Origin: a virus
DNA length: 64,000 bases
Virus record (IMG/VR): IMGVR_UViG_3300049491_000357
Coordinates: 1 to 64,000 of that record
Direction: 5' to 3' (one strand)
Every line of letters begins with the position of its first letter. Positions within the stretch are counted from its first letter, which is position 1. Positions 1 to 6,681 of this stretch are shown one piece after another. The position numbers and the translations under genes were made by a program. The notes under the pieces were generated by a model. It ran no database searches and had not been told where the DNA came from. It saw only the letters and a list, made by a program, of their open reading frames with translations.

Positions 1-569
1 AGCCCCTTGACATAGACTTTCTTCTTCGCGTTCTTCGGGTCTGGTTGCATACCACCCCCAAAGTCCCAATCTCGAACAAGAATGGCGTAGTTAAGAATGA
101 GTATGACCTTTTCTGGGCCCCCGTAGCCAGCCCAGGTTCGGTAGATTTCCTCCCGTTCCGCAGCAGAGCCGGAAACCACGAAGACCTTGATGCCCTCAGT
201 GAACCTCTCAGTCTCACTCTCCCACTGTCTGATGGCAGCCTTTGGGGCCACTACAATGACCTTGTTGTCTGGCTCTTTACCCCAACAATGACAGAGAGCC
301 GCCAATGCCTGAACAGTCTTCCCCAAACCCGTCCCATCACCAAGAATCAAACGCTTCATGAGCATCATATGCGCGATGCCCTGGCTTTGGTAGTACCTGG
401 GTCTGAAGGGCGAGAGCTTTTTATCCGGCCCCAAGACCTCCTTACGGAGCAATGGGGTATCCTTCAACGATATCGTTTTTGAAGCCCGGATCTCAAGCAG
501 TCTAGGGTAGAGTGCTTGAATCTCTGGGGCGTAGACTACACGAATCTCATCCGTCTCAGACGCCGTCAT
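1..569 (-). CDS. SNF2-family (SF2) helicase/ATPase, N-terminal part; runs off the left edge
   Basis: Absent from the ORF track because it has no stop in the window. Manual translation from ATG 569 gives MTASETDEIRVV...FRPRYYQSQGIAHMMLMKRLILGDGTGLGKTVQALAAL...KVIVVAPKAAIRQWESE, i.e. Q-motif, Walker A (LGDGTGLGKT) and motif Ia (VVAPxxxxxQW) typical of SNF2 ATPases. Confidence 0.88.
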   Translation of the reverse strand, partial: MTASETDEIRVVYAPEIQALYPRLLEIRASKTISLKDTPLLRKEVLGPDKKLSPFRPRYYQSQGIAHMMLMKRLILGDGTGLGKTVQALAALCHCWGKEPDNKVIVVAPKAAIRQWESETERFTEGIKVFVVSGSAAEREEIYRTWAGYGGPEKVILILNYAILVRDWDFGGGMQPDPKNAKKKVYVKG

Positions 570-604
570 CCCAGGATGCTACACCAAAGAACTGGAAGCG
601 GCTC

Positions 605-1135
605 TCAAATTTTGCAGGACTTTGGTGGAGTGGGATCAGGCACGCCTTTCCAAAACGTAGAGATCAGAGTGACGGTGCCATTCCCTATGCTCTGAAACAC
701 AATCTTCAGCTTAGACTTACGATCCACCCATTCGATCTTGTGCCCGTCTTCGAGCATGCTCCCCATGTTCTCGAAAGCCTTGTTTTGGGCAGCCTTCCAA
801 GCTTCCATCTGCTTCAAGAAGTCCGCTAGGCAAGACCGCACATCATCTACCCGGATTGAACGAAGGTCCATTCTATACTGAGCATGGCTAGTGATCTGCA
901 CTTGCTTGATGGGCCCCACTCCTGGTTCACGGCCAACCACATAGACCTTGGCGGCATCAGGGTTTGAGAGGTCTTCCCCCTTCTCAACGTCTTGAATGAG
1001 GTCTTGCCTCAAGTTGGGGTTACGTACCGACTTATCAATGCGCTGGACCACCTGACAGGGCCCTCCAGGTTTTCCCAGCGGAGGGCTCAGGTCAGCTTGC
1101 AGATAACGCGAGACGATACGTTCTAGGTTGGCCAT
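605..1135 (-). CDS. Hypothetical protein with DUF4258-like (RelE/BECR-fold, possible RNase) domain
   Basis: Contains ITSHAQYRMDLRSIRVDDV...LKIVF...VTLISTFW, resembling the HAxxRMxxRxI motif and terminal strands of DUF4258-type proteins. ATG overlaps the upstream TGA (TGATG). Confidence 0.5.
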   Translation of the reverse strand: MANLERIVSRYLQADLSPPLGKPGGPCQVVQRIDKSVRNPNLRQDLIQDVEKGEDLSNPDAAKVYVVGREPGVGPIKQVQITSHAQYRMDLRSIRVDDVRSCLADFLKQMEAWKAAQNKAFENMGSMLEDGHKIEWVDRKSKLKIVFQSIGNGTVTLISTFWKGVPDPTPPKSCKI

Positions 1136-2241
1136 CACTTCATCTGAGCCGCTGCCGCTTCAAGTGTCTTCTGGACATCAGCCGGGAGACTCGACAGATG
1201 CTTGGCCATTTCGGTCAGGAATTTCTTCCCGTCTTTCGAACGAGTCAGATTCTTTTTGGTGCCATCATACAGGCGGTCCCCGAAGATAGCCCGCTTGAAC
1301 CCGCTTCGAAGAAACTTGCTTGTGTCTTTCTCGTCAAGCCAGTGAGCCTTGCCGTTGACAATCACTTCCACCCCTTCGAAGTCACTGGAGAACTCGTAAG
1401 GAGGCTTCCCGTACACGATCTTGTAGTGATTGGGCGCCTCATTCCACCCCCGAGTGTACTTGACCTCGATGACGTGTTTGCGTCCTTGCACCCGAGCATC
1501 GTCCTCAGAAACGGCACCAGAGCTGGCCAACCAGTGCTTGATGCTTGTCTCCCCCCCACGAGGGAACTTGTCAGAAAAGGTCCACCCCTTCGCGTCCGTT
1601 ACCTTGGAGTTGAAACGAGCTTCTGACCCTACCAGTTTCAGAACCTTAACCACATTCCCAAAAAGCCACGCTGGCTCCAGCCCCTCCTCCCCCTTGATAG
1701 GGAAGTCGAGCGATTTCATTGACCACAAGTCTTTCCCGCCAGCCCCCCCAACAAAGTACTCTTCCTTCACGAAGTGCCGGACGCCAACGAACACATGGGC
1801 ATGCTCTGTCTTACCGTAGACCACCCAAGCGATATCTGAACGATGGAACTCGTCAGAGGAGTACCCGACCCCTCTTTGTGCTGAGGTCACGAACTGCCAC
1901 TCCACCCCACTCGGGATGCCCGCCTTCGATTTAGCCTCGTCAAAAGAGACCTCCTCCTTTTTGGGGGGCTCCCACCTGGTTTGAGGTTGGGGGCTTGGAG
2001 ACGAAGGAGCATCAGAACGATCGTACGTGGGACGTTGCTTACCAAGAAGTACATCCTGAGCAACGTTTAGTTCCACCATTTTCTCTGAAGAGCCCCCTTG
2101 GTCAGGGTGCACCTTCATCACCTTATCCCGCAACGCTTTTCTAACTTCAGAGTCTGAAGGAGACTCATTAGGGGCAAACCCCAAAAGAGCCTTGGCTTCC
2201 TGAAGACTCATCGAGAGCAGGAGAAAAGAGTAATGGTCCAT
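1135..2241 (-). CDS. J-domain (DnaJ-like) protein
   Basis: N-terminal MSLQEAKALLG...EVRKALRDKVMKVHPDQGGSSEKMVELNVAQDVL with an intact HPD motif. Start is ATG 2241 or ATG 2211, not 2382. Ends TGA. Confidence 0.8.
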   Translation of the reverse strand: MDHYSFLLLSMSLQEAKALLGFAPNESPSDSEVRKALRDKVMKVHPDQGGSSEKMVELNVAQDVLLGKQRPTYDRSDAPSSPSPQPQTRWEPPKKEEVSFDEAKSKAGIPSGVEWQFVTSAQRGVGYSSDEFHRSDIAWVVYGKTEHAHVFVGVRHFVKEEYFVGGAGGKDLWSMKSLDFPIKGEEGLEPAWLFGNVVKVLKLVGSEARFNSKVTDAKGWTFSDKFPRGGETSIKHWLASSGAVSEDDARVQGRKHVIEVKYTRGWNEAPNHYKIVYGKPPYEFSSDFEGVEVIVNGKAHWLDEKDTSKFLRSGFKRAIFGDRLYDGTKKNLTRSKDGKKFLTEMAKHLSSLPADVQKTLEAAAAQMK

Positions 2242-2243
2242 GA

Positions 2244-2519
2244 TCAAGTCCCAGGGATGAAGGAGGCGGCGACGATTACGTTTGTGAGCGGTGATACCCC
2301 ACACCGGGCCCCGGTGTACTGAGTTGCCAGATAATCTGGTGCACCAGTCACTTGCCATGTTCTGTACACAACCCCACCGCAATCGGGGTCACGACCAACC
2401 ATGATGAAAACTGTGGCTTGGGCAACACCTTCAGCACCCGGCGTCAAAAGGAAAGAGCGCTGTGTTGATACGGCAGGGGTATACGACCAGGCTCTCAAAG
2501 TGCCATTCGTGTTTGCCAT
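2244..2519 (-). CDS. Hypothetical protein (91 aa)
   Basis: ATG 2519 (MANTNGTL...) shares its A with the in-frame TTA ending the upstream gene (TTATG). Ends TGA. Confidence 0.65.
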   Translation of the reverse strand: MANTNGTLRAWSYTPAVSTQRSFLLTPGAEGVAQATVFIMVGRDPDCGGVVYRTWQVTGAPDYLATQYTGARCGVSPLTNVIVAASFIPGT

Positions 2520-3670
2520 AACGATGGAACCACTCCGCTCCATTTAATGGCGAAAATCTCACCGGTTGAACAGACCATGTAATCTCTGGTGTTTGTTCCT
2601 GTAGTACTAATGGTATCTTTCTTGTTCCGACTCACCATGATGAGTTTGAAGAACGTGCTTGTCCCCTTCCAGCCTCTGGGTGCAGTTGCGCTGGCTATAC
2701 GAGCCCAGTTCATTCCGATGGCAACGTCATACCCAGAATAGGCGTCAACGCCAAAGAACGCTTGTGTTCCCGCCCCACCTTGACAGTACGGGCCGACAAC
2801 ACCAATAGTCACAAATCCTTCACCACCGAGTCCCTTTTTGTGGTATCCCTTGGTGAAGGATGTCGTGGTCGTGACTCCCATGTTACCCGATTCGTAGATA
2901 CCGAAACCAGCCCCGAAAACATAAGGGTCTACGTCGGCTGAATCGAATGTACCAGAGACCATGGGGTCCATGAAGACCCCGTCTCCGGCAGTCCCAGTCC
3001 CGTTTGCAATGAGGGCAAACCCATAGGGGGTCGCGTTATCACACGCCACTAGAGCGGTCATACTTGTAGCATCAACAAACAGCAGCGTCCCGGCTGCCGT
3101 TCCGTCAAGGATAACCTGACTACCGGTCGCTGTCGGAACTGCCGTGGTCGAACCGCCAGTGGAGAACGCAGTCGAGTACGAGTAACGGATATTCCAGTAT
3201 TGGTCGCCCGTTGTTCCGCGCTGAAAGACCAACTCACGATTTACGCTGTTGGCGGTAGGCATTTGGAGTCTGATCCAGGCACCAGAAGTTCCTGCAATAC
3301 CAGTCGTCGTCCACCAGTCATATGAAACGACACCACCGGTCGCAAGGGTGCCGGTTCCGCCTGAGCAGCCGGTAAACGTCGTAGCAGTCTTTCCTGTGTA
3401 GGTAATGGTCTGTGCTGCGTTGGCGTTATTGTAGATCGTGATTGTCCCAGATGTAGGGAAATTCGTGGTGCTGACCACATTGATTGTGGCCTGAGGAAGG
3501 GCTGCACCGTTTGAACCGGCAGCAATGGTCGTTGATTGTGTGAACGAACCACCTGACCCACTGCTAGAACCCATGAGCTTCCACCCGTTGGCCACCAGGG
3601 TGTCCTTCAGGAGCTTCATGATCGTGCCTGGGTCGGCCGCCGAAATGTTTGAAGAGTATTGAATAGCCAC
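2519..3670 (-). CDS. Thr/Gly-rich probable virion/tail-associated protein; ends at putative TTA stop
   Basis: GTG start with GAGGT upstream. Beta-rich T/G/S composition like phage fibre or decoration proteins. In-frame TTA at 2519-2521 after ...KWSGVVPS. Confidence 0.6.
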
Positions 3671-3677
3671 GATTACC

Positions 3678-4163
3678 TCACGAGTAGACTACTTTGAGTC
3701 CAGCCCATCGAATAACTGCGGCATCCGTGGGGCCAGGGGTTCCAGATGAAATTCGATATCTGACGTCGTATAGTATGGAACTGTTGGGGAGGGACGTGGG
3801 CACAACCAGGTTCGAGGTCACCAAAGACACAATTGAGTTCGTCGAAGTAGTCAGAGTGGCAGCAGAAACGACTGCCCCATCTGTTACGTTGAAAAGGGTA
3901 AACTCTGCTGTCATCCCAGAGGTCGCAAAGCCCAGGACCATGAAAGTGATGCCTCTGGTTGTGTTGCCTTGTGAAGTTGGGAAAGAAGCAGGATTGAACA
4001 GAATGCTGCCTGCCGAAACGTTGGAGGTTGAGTTTGTCGCTTGTGTCCCAGATACGGCAGGAAGGTCTTGAGAGGTCCCCAATGGCGACACATACAGAGT
4101 ATCTGTATCGGGTACAGCAGTCACCACGCCAGAAATTACAGCGACAGGTCGACGAGCTGTCAT
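3678..4163 (-). CDS. Hypothetical virion-associated protein
   Basis: 161-aa ORF, AAGGTG upstream, ends TGA, beta-rich, fits the operon packing. Confidence 0.6.
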   Translation of the reverse strand: MTARRPVAVISGVVTAVPDTDTLYVSPLGTSQDLPAVSGTQATNSTSNVSAGSILFNPASFPTSQGNTTRGITFMVLGFATSGMTAEFTLFNVTDGAVVSAATLTTSTNSIVSLVTSNLVVPTSLPNSSILYDVRYRISSGTPGPTDAAVIRWAGLKVVYS

Positions 4164-4200
4164 TGTACACCTTTAAGTTCAAGCTGCGTCATCTTCTTCC

Positions 4201-4800
4201 TCACCACAAAGCAAAAGATATAGCACCGTGGGGGTTATGCTGCCAAGAGCCCCAAGTCACAGCATAACCAAGGTACAAACCCATGTTTTTTGTGATATCG
4301 AAGCCAATTCCTGCTCCCCCAGCACGAAAACCGATATAGGCGTTTAGATTAGACCAAGAGAGGAAAAAAGGTTCGACCAGGACTCCAGCATCAAGTCCCG
4401 CGTACCCGTCTTTCTTGTCTAGGGCAACCAGCGGAAGATGCCCTATTGCAGCTTTGGGGCGAAAACGAAACCCATAGCTAGGCTCAACTCGTTGGGCAGC
4501 CTGCAAGGTCACCTGACCTTTGGCCTCAACCTCATAGTTACACCACTTCAGCTTGACTGTGTATGGCTTTGGGGCACTACCTGAGCCATAGATACGGCCA
4601 TCACGGTCGACCACGATGGTGATAGGATCAAGCTGAAGTGTTGGCGGAGTCTCATCTCGGCACTTGAAGTCTCTGGCTAGTCGTAGGAAGGTCTGCAAGT
4701 CCTCCTTTGCGACACACGTTGCCCCATCAGAGCACTCTTGTCCCCGAGCCTCAGAAGCGAACAGAAGAAGTCCTACGCACACCAAAGAACTAGGTTTCAT
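4201..4800 (-). CDS. Secreted/outer-membrane-like protein (signal peptide; C-terminal amphipathic beta strands ending in Trp)
   Basis: N-terminal MKPSSLVCVGLLLFASEARG signal-like peptide; C-terminal alternating strands (GAGIGFDITKNMGLYLGYAVTW...HGAISFALW). ATGA overlap with upstream gene. Confidence 0.55.
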   Translation of the reverse strand: MKPSSLVCVGLLLFASEARGQECSDGATCVAKEDLQTFLRLARDFKCRDETPPTLQLDPITIVVDRDGRIYGSGSAPKPYTVKLKWCNYEVEAKGQVTLQAAQRVEPSYGFRFRPKAAIGHLPLVALDKKDGYAGLDAGVLVEPFFLSWSNLNAYIGFRAGGAGIGFDITKNMGLYLGYAVTWGSWQHNPHGAISFALW

Positions 4801-5078
4801 CCTTGGTAGTCCTTTGATCCGAGGTCAAACTCTGACGCAAGAGCTTTCGCCTCTTTGTGGAACTTCTCGAATCGTTCCTTCAGGGCGGTAACTCTCTTGA
4901 AGTTGTCCTGTACATGCCTGTCGTGGGTTGATCGGGCCATCATCGCAAGCTGACTGTGGAGCCCCTTCACGGCTGCCTCCGCACGAACTAGATCGTGGTC
5001 CACTGTATGAAGAGCCCGAGCGGTGTTCTTCAGAACGTTTGCGGGAGAGTCCGCAGCTTGTCGACGATCGTAGGTCAT
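4797..5078 (-). CDS. Small helical hypothetical protein (MTYDRR N-terminus)
   Basis: ATG 5078 two nt after the upstream TGA; coiled-coil-like; ends TGA. Confidence 0.65.
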   Translation of the reverse strand: MTYDRRQAADSPANVLKNTARALHTVDHDLVRAEAAVKGLHSQLAMMARSTHDRHVQDNFKRVTALKERFEKFHKEAKALASEFDLGSKDYQG

Positions 5079-5080
5079 CC

Positions 5081-5359
5081 TCACACCCCTACGGCAATAC
5101 TTCCATCACTGTCCGCTTCGAGCCAACGAAAGACCGACAAGTTGATGAGATCCTTCAGTACGGCCTTGGACATACGAGGGTTACGTCCGATACCCTTGAA
5201 CTCAATGACGTACCCATGGTTTCCATCCCAGGCCACGTAAGGTCTGAACCCATTGGGGGAGAGAATGTCGATGACTTTTTGTTGTTCCTTGGGGATGTCT
5301 TTCAGATCAATCTTAGACGCACCTTGAGCACTGAATCCAGCTCGTCGATCGTAGGTCAT
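5081..5359 (-). CDS. Small hypothetical protein (MTYDRR N-terminus)
   Basis: ATG 5359 one nt after the upstream TGA; ends TGA. Confidence 0.65.
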   Translation of the reverse strand: MTYDRRAGFSAQGASKIDLKDIPKEQQKVIDILSPNGFRPYVAWDGNHGYVIEFKGIGRNPRMSKAVLKDLINLSVFRWLEADSDGSIAVGV

Positions 5360-5360
5360 T

Positions 5361-5888
5361 TCATTCCCCATACTTTTTCAGAAGGTCATCGACCTTCGAG
5401 GCCACTACACCAGAGGTATCTTTCACCGTGACAACGAATTTGTCTGGCTGAACGATGACCACCTTATCCACGTCTTTGGCTTGCACCCCGTCAGGAAGTT
5501 GCACCTCAATGAGCTTATCCGCCCCAGGAGGCGTGAACTCGACAGTAGTTGGATTTGAGAACAAACCAGGGTCCTTGATTGGGACTACTACAACTTGGGT
5601 AACCCCTTTCGAATCTGGGGTCCCGGGAAGAATGAGGTTCCCGTTCTTGTCCACACGGTCTGGGTCAACTGAGTTCGCAACATCCGCTTTGTGTTCCGGG
5701 TCTTTCTTCCCAAACAGCTTAGCCAAAAGACCCCCAATCTGTAGTTCCTTGGCCCCCATCGAGACAAGGAGGATGGCACCAAGGACCAACAGCAAAGCTG
5801 CCCCAGGAGCAAGAAGATTCAGGCCAATCCAACGAAAGACCATCTTCATCCGCTCCCAGAACTGGGTCCAGAATGAGGGTTTTTTCAT
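5361..5888 (-). CDS. Membrane-anchored protein (single N-terminal TM segment)
   Basis: Hydrophobic WIGLNLLAPGAALLLVLGAILLVSMG followed by a soluble domain; TGATG coupling to the holin-like gene. Confidence 0.6.
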   Translation of the reverse strand: MKKPSFWTQFWERMKMVFRWIGLNLLAPGAALLLVLGAILLVSMGAKELQIGGLLAKLFGKKDPEHKADVANSVDPDRVDKNGNLILPGTPDSKGVTQVVVVPIKDPGLFSNPTTVEFTPPGADKLIEVQLPDGVQAKDVDKVVIVQPDKFVVTVKDTSGVVASKVDDLLKKYGE

Positions 5889-6328
5889 CACGCCGCTGGG
5901 GGAAGTTCAGGAGGCGGAAGTTCGGGATTTGCTTCTGGTTCAGTAGGCTTTGGGGCTGGGGGGAGAACCTTGACCACAGACTCAGGGACTTGGTCGTTCG
6001 TTGCCATCGCTTTCAAGACTGATCGGAATCGGTTGTACACCCACCCCGAGGCCAACCCACAAGATGCCCCATAGAAAACCTTTGCCCACAGGTTGTCTGC
6101 CACCGGCATAGGCCAAGGGTAGGATTTGGCGAAGTACCCAAGGATGGCTCCCGTTCCAATGGGACCCATCGGAAGAAGTACTTCGGTCCACCACTTGTTG
6201 GTCTTTGATCCGCTCCAAGCAGTCTCGACAACTCGGCGGATACCATACGTGCCCAAGAAGATTCCCAAACACAGCAAAAGAGTCTGCCAGTTTGCGAAAA
6301 CCTCAAATCCCTTGTCGAACTGTTCCAT
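5888..6328 (-). CDS. Putative holin (about 3 TM segments, Pro-rich charged C-terminus)
   Basis: Three hydrophobic stretches (WQTLLLCLGIFLGTYGI; VLLPMGPIGTGAILGYF; VFYGASCGLASGWVY) in 146 aa, downstream of the tail-fibre genes; GAGGT SD. Confidence 0.55.
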   Translation of the reverse strand: MEQFDKGFEVFANWQTLLLCLGIFLGTYGIRRVVETAWSGSKTNKWWTEVLLPMGPIGTGAILGYFAKSYPWPMPVADNLWAKVFYGASCGLASGWVYNRFRSVLKAMATNDQVPESVVKVLPPAPKPTEPEANPELPPPELPPAA

Positions 6329-6350
6329 GGAGTTACCTCACCCCATGGAA
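6323..6350 (-). promoter_or_regulatory. Stem-loop covering the start codon and SD region of the holin-like gene
   Basis: Minus strand TTCCATGGGG-TGAGGTAA-CTCCATGGAA: 10-bp stem with one G-U; ATG lies in the 3' arm and GAGGT in the loop. Confidence 0.55.
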
Positions 6351-6352
6351 AA

Positions 6353-6361
6353 CGATAAAAG
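6353..6361 (-). promoter_or_regulatory. Candidate late-promoter motif CT(T/C)TTATCG, copy 1
   Basis: CTTTTATCG about 25 nt upstream of ATG 6328; the same motif occurs at 18963-18971 and 24546-24554. Confidence 0.45.
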
Positions 6362-6372
6362 GACCCGCTATC

Positions 6373-6678
6373 TCAGTCCGACTCTGCCACCGTCAACGAC
6401 TCAACAATAGTCACCTGATGGGCAACAGGGGCTTGCGCTGGGGCAGCAGAGGGTGGTGCCGGAAGAGCCTTCACGACAACGGGCTTTGCCTGTGTTTCAG
6501 GCAAAGCACCCTTTTCCCACAAGTCCAAGTTGAGCATAGCCTTGAGGGTATCGTTTTTTTGTTCGGCTGTTGCGAACGGATGGCTCAACAGTGCGGAAAG
6601 TCGGTGGCGAGCCTCGGCAGCCCCCTTTTTCCGCATGTCAGGGGGCAAGTCCTTGTAACTGATGTGTTTAACAGCCAT
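6373..6678 (-). CDS. Hypothetical protein (101 aa) ending in an ESLTVAE motif
   Basis: ATG 3 nt after the upstream TGA; helical N-terminus, Pro/Ala linker, C-terminal VTIVESLTVAESD. Confidence 0.65.
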   Translation of the reverse strand: MAVKHISYKDLPPDMRKKGAAEARHRLSALLSHPFATAEQKNDTLKAMLNLDLWEKGALPETQAKPVVVKALPAPPSAAPAQAPVAHQVTIVESLTVAESD

Positions 6679-6681
6679 GGT

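Noticed and set aside
45-829. Plus-strand ORFs 45..482 and 512..829
   Set aside because: They overlap the minus-strand SNF2 helicase and DUF4258-like genes, which have clear motifs.
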